Shown: positions 28,466 through 38,420, counted from the stretch's first letter. The stretch is 64,000 nucleotides of DNA from Candidatus Latescibacterota bacterium (GCA_965204375.1 OZ241986.1:5856001-5920000); one strand, 5' to 3'. Program-made: numbers and translations. The notes: a model not told the origin generated them from the sequence alone.

Positions 28466-29362
28466 ATGGGAAAGAAACGGATTAACAGATGTATTGAGCT
28501 TCTCGAGCAGGGCGAGTATCTCTATTATACGGGTGCTGGCCCTCTTACTTATGCGAATGGGAAGAAGCAGGCAAAGACGTGGGCGGATTTTTTGATGGTG
28601 GATTACGAGCATAGTCCGTTTGATGTGGTTGGTCTTCGCGCGTTTATGCAGGGGCTGGTGGATGGCGGTCCCACAAATTCGGGGCATCGCACGCCGACTG
28701 TGTTTGCGACGCTGCCGTCCAATTGTCGTACCGTGCATGAGGTTCGCGCCAATGCGTGGCAGATCAGGCATGTTTTGAGTTCGGGGGTGCACGGTATTTT
28801 GCATACCCATGCGCGGCAGGCCGATGCGGTGAGGGCGTTTGTCGAGGAGTGCAGGTATCCCTTTCAGACAGCCGGGCTGGATCGCGGGCTGGTGCAGGGG
28901 CAGCGCGGGGCGGGCGGTCAGGGATATGCCGCGGGGATCTGGGGTCTCAAGGGTCCGGAGTACACGCAGGTAGCGGATCCGTGGCCGCTGAATCCAGATG
29001 GGGAGTTGATGCTGGGTCTTAAAATTGAGGATCGGGAGTGCGTTGCGAATGCCGAGTATATATGCAAGGTGCCGGGTCTGGCATTTGCAGAGTGGGGACC
29101 GGGGGATATGGGTATGTCTTACGGTTTTGCCGATGCACACGATCCACCGTATCCGCCGGTTATGGAGGAGGCTCGAAGTATTGTGAAGGGTGCGTGTGAT
29201 GAGAATGGAATTCATTTTTTGTGTTCGTGGAAGGATTCTTCGAAGAGTGCGGAGGAAAATATTCGGTTTTTGATGGATTGGGGCGTCAGGATTCTCTCTG
29301 GCGGTGGAGAAGATCAGGCGCGTATTGGTCGCGCAATTTCGGGTAGGCAGATGCCTGTGTGA
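28466..29362 (+). CDS. HpcH/HpaI aldolase/citrate lyase family protein
   Basis: VDYEH, GVHGIL, RYP..GQRG, LKIED, EWGPGDM. Confidence 0.85.
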   Translation: MGKKRINRCIELLEQGEYLYYTGAGPLTYANGKKQAKTWADFLMVDYEHSPFDVVGLRAFMQGLVDGGPTNSGHRTPTVFATLPSNCRTVHEVRANAWQIRHVLSSGVHGILHTHARQADAVRAFVEECRYPFQTAGLDRGLVQGQRGAGGQGYAAGIWGLKGPEYTQVADPWPLNPDGELMLGLKIEDRECVANAEYICKVPGLAFAEWGPGDMGMSYGFADAHDPPYPPVMEEARSIVKGACDENGIHFLCSWKDSSKSAEENIRFLMDWGVRILSGGGEDQARIGRAISGRQMPV

Positions 29363-29462
29363 AAGTATCCGCAGATGAACGCAGATGGACGCAGATGAAA
29401 TGCAAGTATCCTTCGTGTCCTTTGTGTCCTTCGTGGATATTCAATCAGGCAGATGCCTGTGT
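29345..29462. repeat. About 100-bp insert of 9-mer tandem repeats bracketed by a 16-bp direct repeat
   Basis: AGGCAGATGCCTGTGT at 29345 and 29447 flanking (CGCAGATGR)x3 and (CCTTYGTGT)x3. Confidence 0.8.
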
Positions 29463-29478
29463 AAGTGAGGAGAGGCCA

Positions 29479-30918
29479 ATGGCAAAGAAGCCCAATATTC
29501 TGTTCATTTTTAGCGATCAACACCGTCACGATGTGCTGGGCTGCGCCGGGCATCCGCTGGTCCAGACGCCGAATCTGGATCGACTGTCGGATTGGGGTAT
29601 GCGTTTTGAGCGGACGTGGACGCAGTGTCCGGTTTGTATGCCGTGCAGGGCTACGATGATTACGGGGCGATATACGCATGAGTTGGGGTTTACGTCTAAT
29701 GTTACGGCTGATCGCGGGGATACGGTTGCGGATAGTCCTTTCAAGCCCGCGTGGCCGACGATTATGAAGCAGTTGCAGGGTGGGGGGTATGAGACTGCGT
29801 CGATTGGCAAGACGCACTATCACAGCCGGCCCGGTTCTCTGGGGGCGGGAGAGCGCGGGGAGAGTTTTGATACGCGGCAGTTTGGGGACTTTGTGAAGGG
29901 TTTTGGGTGGGATTATGTGATGGAGGAATACGACCGGTATGGACACGTTCAGAGCCATGTGAAAAGTCCGTATATGGATTTTCTCGAAGGGCGAGGTCTC
30001 CTAAAGGCGCATCAGGAGCAGATTAAGGGGATTTACAGACTTACGCCCACGCACTGGCGGGGCGAGACGAGTGTGTTGCCGCAAGAATGCGAGTTGTCCA
30101 GTTTTATTGCCGATCACGCGATGGATTGGCTGAAGTCGCGCGATTCTGAGAAGCCGTTTTATCTTCATCTGGGTTTTGTGCAGCCGCATGTTCCGCTGAT
30201 GGATGATCCGATTTGGGCGGCTTATTATGCAGATGCGGATATCGAATTGCCCGATATGACGATGCCGCGAGCTACGAATGAGATTTGGGCAGAAAAGGTC
30301 AAACGGCTCAAAAGGCATTCTCAGGTTCAGACGATGACGGATGATTTTGTGCGGGAGGGTATCAGGCATTATCTGGGTGCTGTTTCTCTGGTGGATCAGA
30401 AGATTGGCGAGGTGATTGATACGCTGGATGCGTTGGGGGAACTTGATAATACGTGGATTATTTACAGCGCGGACCACGGCGAGATGCTCGGCGAACATCA
30501 TTTGTGGGCAAAGCACTGTTTTTACGAGGGGTCGGTTCAGGTTCCGCTGATTGTCAGTCCGCCGGATCGCAAGAGCAGAGGGGTTTGCAGCGATCTCACG
30601 CAGTTGATCGATGTGGTTTCGACAATTGCAGATATCGGGCAGGTCGCACCGCCAGAGGGTGCTCGTGGGCAATCACTGTTGCCGATGTTGGAATGCGGTT
30701 CGGGTGGATATGAGTACGTGTTTTCGACGATTGAGGATTGGACCGGGGTACGGAATGAGGATTATCGCTTTACGCTGCATGTTCCAACGGGGACGCCCTG
30801 TGAGCTGTACGATCTGGCAAGAGATCCGGGTGAATTGAATAATTGTGTGGAAGATCCCGCATATCGAAAGATCGTGGCGCAACTCAAAGCGGTCGTTTTG
30901 GACCATCGCGCAGGTTGA
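29479..30918 (+). CDS. Sulfatase (choline-sulfatase-like, Cys-type)
   Basis: PNILFIFSDQH, TPNLD, CMPCR (CxPxR), GKTH, PH.P, ADHGEMLGEH..K. Confidence 0.92.
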   Translation: MAKKPNILFIFSDQHRHDVLGCAGHPLVQTPNLDRLSDWGMRFERTWTQCPVCMPCRATMITGRYTHELGFTSNVTADRGDTVADSPFKPAWPTIMKQLQGGGYETASIGKTHYHSRPGSLGAGERGESFDTRQFGDFVKGFGWDYVMEEYDRYGHVQSHVKSPYMDFLEGRGLLKAHQEQIKGIYRLTPTHWRGETSVLPQECELSSFIADHAMDWLKSRDSEKPFYLHLGFVQPHVPLMDDPIWAAYYADADIELPDMTMPRATNEIWAEKVKRLKRHSQVQTMTDDFVREGIRHYLGAVSLVDQKIGEVIDTLDALGELDNTWIIYSADHGEMLGEHHLWAKHCFYEGSVQVPLIVSPPDRKSRGVCSDLTQLIDVVSTIADIGQVAPPEGARGQSLLPMLECGSGGYEYVFSTIEDWTGVRNEDYRFTLHVPTGTPCELYDLARDPGELNNCVEDPAYRKIVAQLKAVVLDHRAG

Positions 30919-30929
30919 GGTCTGTACAG

Positions 30930-32186
30930 ATGAGTGAACAGGCAGAGATATTGATTGTTGGCGGTGGGGCTATCGGTGTTTGCTCGGCTTATTATTTGAA
31001 TGCTGCGGGTAGAGATGTCGCGCTGGTTGATAAGGGCGATATTTGTTCGGGGTGTTCGTATGGGAATGGGGGGCTTGTTGTGCCGAGTCACAGCATGCCG
31101 CTGTCCGCTCCTGGGGTGGTGTCGCAAAGCCTGAAGTGGATGTTGAATCCGGAGAGTCCGTTTTATATTAAGCCGCGTTTGGACCGGGATTTGATTTCCT
31201 GGTTGTGGCATTTTCGCCGTGCGTGCAATGAGAAGCATGTTGTGAGGGCAACGCCTGTTATTCGAGCGATGAATATGGCGAGTGTGGCGTTGTTTGAAGA
31301 GATGGCATCGCTTGAGGGTATGGATTTTGGGTTTGAAAAGAGGGGGACGATTACGGCGTATAGAACCGAGAGGGGTTTGGCAAAGGCGGTTAAAGATGCG
31401 GGTTTTTTGTCGGAGATGGGGGTTGAGACACGGGTTCTCAATGCCGATGAGATTGTGGGATTAAATCCCGGGGTTCGGATACGGGTGCTTGGGGGGATAT
31501 TTTTTCCCGAGGATGCCCATCTCGTGCCGCATCGCTTTGTGCGTGGGTTGGCGGAGTATGTCGGTGGAAAGGGTGTTCGGATCCATAGGGAGACAGAGGT
31601 TCTGGGGTTTGAGATTTCGCGCGGTCGCGTGGTTGCGGTGAAGACGACTCGGGGTGATTTTCGGGCGGAGCACGTTATTTTGGCAGGCGGGTCGTGGTCG
31701 CCTGTGATTGCCAGGGATCTTCATATCAATCTGCCGATTCAACCTGCCAAGGGGTATAGTATTACTTTTAAGCGGCCTGATGTTTGCCCGATAACGCCAT
31801 TTTCTCTGGGGGAAGCAAAGGTCGGTATTACGCCTATGGGAGATATGCTGCGGTTTGCGGGTACGCTTGAATTGGCAGGTCTCGATTTTTCGATTAACGA
31901 GCGGCGCGTGCAGGCTATTCTCAAGGCTGTGCCCGAGTATTTTCCCGATTTGAATCCCGATTATCTCGAGATGATAGAAACCTGGTGCGGTTTGCGGCCC
32001 TGTACGCCCGATGGGGTGCCATTTCTCGGTCGCGCTCCCGGGGTTGAGAATGTGATCGTGGCTGCCGGTCATGCGATGATTGGCATTTCTCTGGGTCCTA
32101 TTACTGGGAAGCTGGTGGCAGAACTGATTTCCGATGAGATACCATCTGTTGATCTGTCTGCATTAGAGGTGGATCGCTTTGGGTAG
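30930..32186 (+). CDS. D-amino acid dehydrogenase family FAD-dependent oxidoreductase
   Basis: GGGAIG, SYGNGG, PAKGYS, GLRPCTPDG.P, GH..IG.SLGP.TG. Confidence 0.9.
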   Translation: MSEQAEILIVGGGAIGVCSAYYLNAAGRDVALVDKGDICSGCSYGNGGLVVPSHSMPLSAPGVVSQSLKWMLNPESPFYIKPRLDRDLISWLWHFRRACNEKHVVRATPVIRAMNMASVALFEEMASLEGMDFGFEKRGTITAYRTERGLAKAVKDAGFLSEMGVETRVLNADEIVGLNPGVRIRVLGGIFFPEDAHLVPHRFVRGLAEYVGGKGVRIHRETEVLGFEISRGRVVAVKTTRGDFRAEHVILAGGSWSPVIARDLHINLPIQPAKGYSITFKRPDVCPITPFSLGEAKVGITPMGDMLRFAGTLELAGLDFSINERRVQAILKAVPEYFPDLNPDYLEMIETWCGLRPCTPDGVPFLGRAPGVENVIVAAGHAMIGISLGPITGKLVAELISDEIPSVDLSALEVDRFG

Positions 32187-32214
32187 GTTGTGTTATTTTT
32201 TGAGAGGATTCGTT

Positions 32215-33030
32215 ATGTATAGAGTTTCTTACGATGGCAGCAATAAGAAGGTGATGTGGCAGGAGATGTGGCGGCACGAGTTTGAAGACGCTTTGGAGCG
32301 CGATCCCGTGGTGATTGTGCCGGTGGGATCTGTGGAGCAGCACGGGCCGCATTGTCCGATGGATGTGGATATTTCAGCGCCGTTCTATATGGCGGTGGCT
32401 GTGGCACAGCGCGTGGATGATTTTCCCGTGATTGTCGCGCCGCCGGTGTGGTCGGGGTTTACGCATTATAATATGGGGTTTCCCGGTACGATTAATTTGC
32501 GTTTGGAGACGTTTCAGAATTTGCTGGCAGATATTTTTCGCAGTATTTATGCCAATGGGTTCAAGCGGATTATTTCTGTGAATGGACACGGGGGCAATGC
32601 CGCGCCCTGTCGCGCTGTTTCGTGGCAGGTGGCAGAGGAGAATATTTTTACGCTGTCATTTAGCTGGTGGGATATGGTGGATAAGGAATTGCGGGAGTGG
32701 AGTGCGACAAATGAGGGCGTGGGTCACGCCGGGGAATGGGAGACGGCTGTGCAGCTTCATTTGCGCGAACATCTGGTTGATAAGAGCCGTATTGACAGCG
32801 ATATGACGGGGACGAGACCGTTTAGCGATGAGCTGTTATTTGCGGAATTTGCCGAGCGGAGGCGGGATACGAAAAAGGATACGGGTATTATGGGCGATGC
32901 GTTTGCTGCGAGTGCGGAAAAGGGCGCGCGCATTTTTGAACTGGCTTGTGAACGCCTGGAAAAGCTGGTGCGCGAATATCACGAGTTGCCCGTGCGCGAA
33001 TACCGCGAGTTCGGGTCTCACTGTATTTGA
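32215..33030 (+). CDS. Creatininase family amidohydrolase
   Basis: PVGSVEQHGPH.P..D, NGHGGN, HAGEWET, ASAEKG. Confidence 0.9.
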   Translation: MYRVSYDGSNKKVMWQEMWRHEFEDALERDPVVIVPVGSVEQHGPHCPMDVDISAPFYMAVAVAQRVDDFPVIVAPPVWSGFTHYNMGFPGTINLRLETFQNLLADIFRSIYANGFKRIISVNGHGGNAAPCRAVSWQVAEENIFTLSFSWWDMVDKELREWSATNEGVGHAGEWETAVQLHLREHLVDKSRIDSDMTGTRPFSDELLFAEFAERRRDTKKDTGIMGDAFAASAEKGARIFELACERLEKLVREYHELPVREYREFGSHCI

Positions 33031-33055
33031 AATTTCAGGGAGAGAGGGTACGACG

Positions 33056-34003
33056 ATGTCAAAGCTAAGAGTGGGGATTATCGGTGCGGGGGGGCACGCA
33101 CAGAGCCACTTCAGGATGATCCAGGACGAGCCGGAAATGGATTTGATTGCGGTTGCAGACCTGGATCCAGAAAGACTGGCGCATACGCGAGAAACGCACG
33201 GCGTGACGTCCCTTTTTACGAATTACCGGGAGATGATCGAGAAGGTGCAACTGGACGTGGTATATGTTGTGACCTTTCCGGGACCACTGCCCGACATTGT
33301 GATTGACTGTCTGGAGGCCGGACTGCACACCTCTGTAGAGAAGCCGCCGGGTATCAGTTCGGGTCAGACCCGACGGATGATGGCGGCCGAACAGCGATCC
33401 AGCGCCAGGGCGATCGTCTCGGTGAACCGGCGGTACATTCCAGAAGTGCTGGCGATTCGGGCCATGTTGCAAGATCGAGGCGGACCCGTTCATGTGGCGG
33501 CGACGTACAACAAGCCGCATATTGGGGACAAGGTCCGGGATGTCGGACATCTTATTCGATTGGACGCGATCCATCACGTGGATCTGTTGCGGTGGCTGGC
33601 AGGTGACGCTGTCGAGGTTTACTCAGAGGCGTGGTCTGCGCCTTCCCACCCTGCCGAGATGCGCCACAATGCCGTGATCAAGTTCGAAAGCGGCTGCGGA
33701 GGCGTGATGATGAGCCACTACGCTGTTGGATACCGCATTCAGCGGTTTGAAGCGCATGCGGAAGATTTCAGTGCTTATGTGGATCTCACGAGTGGCCCCA
33801 GGTGTGAGATCTATGCTGCCGGAGAGCCGTTCGAGGGCGAGTTGGATCTGGAATCGGTTGGTGGTCCCGACTTCAACGAGACCCGGCATTTCGTGGAGTG
33901 CATCCAAAACGATACGCAGCCGTGGAGCACGCTTGAGGATGCGATCAAGACGATGATGTTGTGCGAAGCGATTGAGGCGGGGCATAAAGGTCAACTGGAA
34001 TGA
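33056..34003 (+). CDS. Gfo/Idh/MocA family oxidoreductase
   Basis: VGIIGAG, EKP, NRRY, DAIHHVD. Confidence 0.9.
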   Translation: MSKLRVGIIGAGGHAQSHFRMIQDEPEMDLIAVADLDPERLAHTRETHGVTSLFTNYREMIEKVQLDVVYVVTFPGPLPDIVIDCLEAGLHTSVEKPPGISSGQTRRMMAAEQRSSARAIVSVNRRYIPEVLAIRAMLQDRGGPVHVAATYNKPHIGDKVRDVGHLIRLDAIHHVDLLRWLAGDAVEVYSEAWSAPSHPAEMRHNAVIKFESGCGGVMMSHYAVGYRIQRFEAHAEDFSAYVDLTSGPRCEIYAAGEPFEGELDLESVGGPDFNETRHFVECIQNDTQPWSTLEDAIKTMMLCEAIEAGHKGQLE

Positions 34004-34054
34004 TTTTTGAGGCATAGCCGCGGTAAAGATTCCTATTACAGAAGGAGATTTTCT

Positions 34055-34966
34055 ATGCGTCGTTTCACGCGCACGCCCTATTATAGCGGGCCGGATGATC
34101 CGGCTATTGGCGAGGTGCGGGGTACGCTTGCCCTGGGCGAGACCGTGGTTATTGAGACGATTGGCGGGGCTGATAATGATTTTGAGGCTGCTGGTGAGAC
34201 CCGTGCCGGGATGATTACGTCTGGAGAAAGCCACCGCCGCTATGCCCGTCGTGGTGGTCCTTTTCGCATTGAGGGGATTGCGCCCGATGACTGGGTCGCT
34301 ATCGAGATCATCGATATTGAGGTGGGTCCCTACGGTTTTTATCGCAATGGGGGTCCCAATTGGGGCAATTGGCGCTGCGTGGCGCCTGTGCGCGATGGGT
34401 TGATCCACTTTCCGCCGGATTTTGTGGTGCCGGTGCGTCCTATGGTTGGCGTGGTTCAACTCGAACCGTGGGCTGCCCATTCGATTGACCACGGCGGCAA
34501 TATGGATTTTAATGCGGTTCAGCCGGGCAGTACTGTACATATTCGCGCCCAAAAGCCCGGGGGATTGCTCTCACTGGGCGATGTCCATGCGCGGATGGGC
34601 GATGGCGAGTTGACCGGTGCGGGTGTCGAAATCGATGCGGCGGTTACTATAAAGGTGGATCGCTCTCCCGGGTTTCCCAATAGCAGTCCGGTGGTGGAGA
34701 CGACTACGGTGGTAGAAGCTGCCGAGGAGTATCTGACGAGTGCCCGGGCGGCTGAGTGGGGCGAGGTGCTCAGGCTGGCATGGCTGGAGATGGTGGCGCT
34801 GATTATTGACCGTTACGATACCACTTATGAATACGCCAATATGATCGTGGGCACGATTGGCGATGCGCGGCCCGGCTATGCTACGGGCTATATGGGCGGT
34901 TATGTTACGTGTCAGATTGCGGTGACCAAGGAGTTGCGGCGCACCGGAGTGCCGTATGAGGCGTAG
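34055..34966 (+). CDS. Acetamidase/formamidase family protein
   Basis: GPFRIEG, PMVGV, HGGNMD, LSLGDVHARMGDGE..G.GVE. Confidence 0.85.
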   Translation: MRRFTRTPYYSGPDDPAIGEVRGTLALGETVVIETIGGADNDFEAAGETRAGMITSGESHRRYARRGGPFRIEGIAPDDWVAIEIIDIEVGPYGFYRNGGPNWGNWRCVAPVRDGLIHFPPDFVVPVRPMVGVVQLEPWAAHSIDHGGNMDFNAVQPGSTVHIRAQKPGGLLSLGDVHARMGDGELTGAGVEIDAAVTIKVDRSPGFPNSSPVVETTTVVEAAEEYLTSARAAEWGEVLRLAWLEMVALIIDRYDTTYEYANMIVGTIGDARPGYATGYMGGYVTCQIAVTKELRRTGVPYEA

Positions 34967-35096
34967 GGGTTTTGGGCTAACACCATCTCGGATATTTCGC
35001 TATTGGTGTTAAATATGAAATTGGGTAATCTTTTAGGTGACGGCGATTCGATTTTCAGAGACCTCGGCTTTTAAGGCGGATAAGGAGGATTTTGCG

Positions 35097-35339
35097 ATGA
35101 ATTGTTTTGAGTTGGATCAAGCACAGCAACGGTTCCGTGAACTCGTTGAGCGAGCCAAGCGAGGTGAGGATGTCATTATTACGGAGCGCGATCAGCCCGT
35201 AGTTAAATTTGTGGCTATTGAGCAGGATACAACTGTAGTTCAAACAAAGCGTCGCCGGCGACCCGGAAGTGCCAAAGGGCTTGTTCATATTAGCGATGAT
35301 TTCGACGAACCGCTCGAAGATTTCCGAGAATATATGTAA
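35097..35339 (+). CDS. Phd/YefM-type antitoxin with DUF2281-like tail
   Basis: ELVERAKRGEDVIIT...PVVK; RRPGSAKG...DDFDEPLEDF; overlaps the toxin start. Confidence 0.85.
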   Translation: MNCFELDQAQQRFRELVERAKRGEDVIITERDQPVVKFVAIEQDTTVVQTKRRRRPGSAKGLVHISDDFDEPLEDFREYM

Positions 35340-35725
35340 TGCGCCTTTTACTCGATACGCACAGTTTTTTGTGGTACATAGAAGACGATGACAGGCTCAG
35401 CCAGAGCGCAGAGCAAATGATCTCTGATATGGATAATGAGGTGCTACTGAGCATAGGGAGCCTGTGGGAGATAGCCATTAAGTATGGTATCGGGAAGTTG
35501 AGTCTGTCGCGTGCCTTCAGTGAGTTCATCCCAGAGCAACTTCTGATAAACCAAATAGATGTTCTACCTATCTCATTACCCCATCTTGCAAGATATACCG
35601 AACTTCCTTTTTATCACCGCGACCCGTTTGACCGCTTGATCATTGCACAGGCTATGGTAGAGGACATACCTGTGGTTAGCAGAGACAGGTCCTTTCAGGA
35701 GTATTCAATTGATGTGATATGGTAA
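35339..35725 (+). CDS. VapC PIN-domain toxin
   Basis: LLLDTH, SLWEIAIK, HRDPFDRLIIAQA, SRD. Confidence 0.92.
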   Translation: MRLLLDTHSFLWYIEDDDRLSQSAEQMISDMDNEVLLSIGSLWEIAIKYGIGKLSLSRAFSEFIPEQLLINQIDVLPISLPHLARYTELPFYHRDPFDRLIIAQAMVEDIPVVSRDRSFQEYSIDVIW

Positions 35726-35828
35726 TCGCCACAGGTAAGAGCCTGTTTCTGCTTGTTTTAATAAGAGGCGTGACGAGCAACAGCCTATCATTGCGGGATG
35801 AAGTTGAGTTGCACTCAGAAGGTTTTGG

Positions 35829-35862
35829 TTGTCATTGCGGCAGGGTGTTAGCCGCAATCCAG
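35829..35862. repeat. Repeat family R1 (short form), preceded by a degenerate copy (about 35789-35828)
   Basis: TTGTCATTGCGGCAGGGTGTTAGCCGCAATCCAG. Confidence 0.8.
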
Positions 35863-36370
35863 CTGATCAGATGGAGGCACACGGCTATGGCCGCAAGACC
35901 TTTCGCTTTGAAACCGATGTTGAGGGCGAACCAGTGGTTCATCGCGTGGATGGTCAGCATCCCGATACTCACTATAATAATACATCTCGTACTGTGCTTG
36001 ACGAGATTGGACAGGTGTTTGATGTCGGGAAGAATATTTACTTTATCGTCAATAGTACAGGACTGTTTGGGGGAGGTGTCGGAGGTGGTAGGGGGAGAAG
36101 TGGTGGTTTTGCGATGGTTGCTGACGGATTTAGCTGGAAAGTGGTCGCTCATGAACTTGGACATGCCTTTAGGTTGTGGCACGATTTCAGGGATGGTGCG
36201 TACATCATGTCGTATGGACCGGGTGGGATTGTTGGTATTCCTGACTTTTTGCTATTCGTTGATCAGTTTGGGTTCAGTCGGAGTGACGGAGGATATGAAT
36301 CGCGGTTTGATCTGGATGGGAATGGTGTGATTGGGGTTGGTGATTTTTTGATTTTTGTCGATAATTTTTG
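35863..36370 (+). pseudogene. Remnant of secreted zinc metallopeptidase + EF-hand/dockerin-like protein
   Basis: DQMEAHGYGRKTFRFETD...HELGHAFRLWHDF..YIMSY joined directly to GIVGIPDFLLFVDQFG...DLDGNGVIGVGDFLIF; no N-terminus. Confidence 0.7.
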
Positions 36371-36410
36371 GACACGGGTTGGATTATTATGTTTCGCCTT
36401 CACAACGCCA

Positions 36411-36482
36411 GTAGTAGGGTTGAGCCGTCCCTGAAATTCGATGTCCAGTTAAGGGGCAATCCGCAGGAGCTTTCAACCCACC
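36411..36482. repeat. GTAG-type REP-like hairpin
   Basis: GTAGGGTTGAGC...GCTTTCAACCCACC. Confidence 0.4.
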
Positions 36483-36538
36483 ATTTGCCCTATCTCTTGC
36501 CTTGACTCTGGCTTTCACTCTTGCCTTTTGGAAAATAC

Positions 36539-36730
36539 ATGTTTGGTCTTATCATTATATCGTGGTGGGTTTTTCTGATCATTTTAATTGTGGCTCTCTT
36601 TGTTTGGTTTGTGAGAGAGGTGTTTGATACTATCATAGAATTTGTTGAAGCAGACAAAGGGGAGCGAGTTGGTATGATTTTTTGTGCTGTCATAGCTGTA
36701 CTGTTTTTGCTTTGGTTGAAATATGGCTAA
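36539..36730 (+). CDS. Small two-TM membrane protein
   Basis: Two hydrophobic stretches separated by a charged loop. Confidence 0.45.
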   Translation: MFGLIIISWWVFLIILIVALFVWFVREVFDTIIEFVEADKGERVGMIFCAVIAVLFLLWLKYG

Positions 36731-36876
36731 CATTGTATATAACTCCCATAATTTTGGTAAGAAAGTGTCATGACTTGCATCTTCTGAGATTAGACTTTTG
36801 AAATTGTTTACGGTATTGTTATGTACGATCGAACTTTTTTAACTCAGTGCTGGCATACAATCCGGAGGTGATAGAT

Positions 36877-37110
36877 ATGAATGCCCATCGCGTTGAAACG
36901 GTTATACGCCAAGATAGAACAGTTGTGCTCAAGAATTTACCTTTTCGAGAAGGCGAGCCTGTTGAAGTCCTTATTTTTTCCTGCCCTTCTCCGTCTGCAC
37001 AGGGAAAAAATAGCAGCGAGAAAGACCGATATCCACTGCGCGGCACCCCAATAAAATACCTTGATCCCACGGAACCCGTAGCGGATGGCGATTGGAGTGT
37101 ATCACAGTGA
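36877..37110 (+). CDS. Putative antitoxin (VapB-like)
   Basis: LKNLPFREGEPVEVLI...YPLRG...DPTEPV..DW; GGAGG RBS; GTGA overlap with PIN gene. Confidence 0.75.
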   Translation: MNAHRVETVIRQDRTVVLKNLPFREGEPVEVLIFSCPSPSAQGKNSSEKDRYPLRGTPIKYLDPTEPVADGDWSVSQ

Positions 37111-37499
37111 TTGTGCTTGATACACACATCTGGATTTGGTGGGTTCAGGGAGATGCTAATCTCACCAGCAAGCAAGTGGCGTGGTTGCAACAGTATGAGT
37201 CTCAAGGTCTTGGGGTGAGTGCAATATCGTGTTGGGAGGTTGCTAAATTAGTTGAGTATAATCGGCTCGTCTTGCCTTGTACCGTTGGCGAGTGGATGGA
37301 TCAGGCACTCTCATATCCAGGCATTCGGTTTCTCAATTTGACGCCACAAATTGCAATTGAGTCCACACAATTGCCTGCTGGATTCCACAAAGATCCAGCG
37401 GATCAGATTATTGTTGCTACGGCGAGAGTCCACAACTGCCAATTATTGACAGTGGATGCAAAGATACTTGATTATGGACATGTTAATACACTGAAGTAA
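37107..37499 (+). CDS. VapC PIN-domain toxin
   Basis: IVLDTHIWIWW, SAISCWEVA, HKDPADQIIVATA, LLTVD. Confidence 0.92.
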   Translation: MIVLDTHIWIWWVQGDANLTSKQVAWLQQYESQGLGVSAISCWEVAKLVEYNRLVLPCTVGEWMDQALSYPGIRFLNLTPQIAIESTQLPAGFHKDPADQIIVATARVHNCQLLTVDAKILDYGHVNTLK

Positions 37500-37527
37500 T
37501 CGTGCTGAATTCATGAAAGGATTTGCT

Positions 37528-38301
37528 ATGTATTTGTATGGAATTCGCAATGCGAGTTTGAATATGGATTGGGGAAAAGATGCTTTTGCCACAGCGGGGG
37601 ATATTGGGTTTGATGGGGTGGAGATTGTGCTGCGAGAGGAGGAGCGGCTGGATTGGCTTTTGAGTGCTGCGGGTCGGGAGGAGGTTGGGCGATGGGTTGA
37701 GGAGACGGGCGCGCAAGCGTGTTCTATCAGTTTTGCCCTGTTTCGAGAATACAAGGGAAATGAGGAAGATGAGGCTGTGCGCGACCGCGTGGTGGATCTC
37801 GTGCAAAAGGGGATTCGCGCATGTAAGGGGATGGGGGGTGTCGGTATTTTGCTTCCGTATTTCGATGCGGAGAATCGCGATATGTCGAGCGCGCATGCAG
37901 AATTGCTGATTGAGGATATGAAGCGATGTGCCCCTGTCGCTGAAGACGAGGGTATTAAGGTTGCGCTGGAGACGAGTTTTTCTCCGGGATTGTTGAGGAC
38001 GATTTGCGATGGCGTGGGGTCTGAGATGGTGGGGGTGTATCAAGATACTGCGAATGCGCTGCAATACGGGTACGATTCGGTAGATATGCTCGTTACTTTA
38101 CCTGAACACACACAATTGATTCATATTAAAGATACGCGGCGTTCTGATCTGGGCGAGGGCGATGTGGATTTTCCCGCGTGTCGAGATGCGATTGCACAGA
38201 TCGGTTATGAGGGTTGGCTGATTTTTGAAACGCCAGGAGGCGCTGATCCCATCGCATCGGGAAGGAAGAATCTGGCGTTTGCAAAAGAGATGTTTGGGTA
38301 G
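37528..38301 (+). CDS. Sugar phosphate isomerase/epimerase (TIM barrel)
   Basis: GFDGVE, ALET, YQDTAN, IHIKD, LGEGDVDF, GYEGWLIFET. Confidence 0.85.
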   Translation: MYLYGIRNASLNMDWGKDAFATAGDIGFDGVEIVLREEERLDWLLSAAGREEVGRWVEETGAQACSISFALFREYKGNEEDEAVRDRVVDLVQKGIRACKGMGGVGILLPYFDAENRDMSSAHAELLIEDMKRCAPVAEDEGIKVALETSFSPGLLRTICDGVGSEMVGVYQDTANALQYGYDSVDMLVTLPEHTQLIHIKDTRRSDLGEGDVDFPACRDAIAQIGYEGWLIFETPGGADPIASGRKNLAFAKEMFG

Positions 38302-38315
38302 GCTGGCAGAGGGTG

Positions 38316-38420
38316 AGGGGAACGGTGTACAACTTCGACAGAAGTTCATCGAACCCTATGCGGTTACCCGCACCACCGACCAATGTCAGGCGGCCCACCT
38401 TGAACCGTTCGCCCCCTACC
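38316..38420. repeat. GTAG-type REP-like element related to family R2 (opposite orientation)
   Basis: GGGGAACGGT...ACCGTTCGCCCCCTACC outer stem; inner GTACAAC-hairpin-GTTCAT.GAACCC matches the reverse complement of R2. Confidence 0.6.

Noticed and set aside
29359-29478. Cys-rich N-terminal extension of the sulfatase (CKYPSCPLCPS)
   Set aside because: Translation of the intergenic 9-mer repeats; the RBS-supported start is ATG 29479
33623-34552. 309-aa antisense ORF and many similar shadow ORFs (e.g. 21320..22159, 28409..29215, 48192..48938)
   Set aside because: Fully opposite well-supported genes, no recognisable motifs; expected from codon bias
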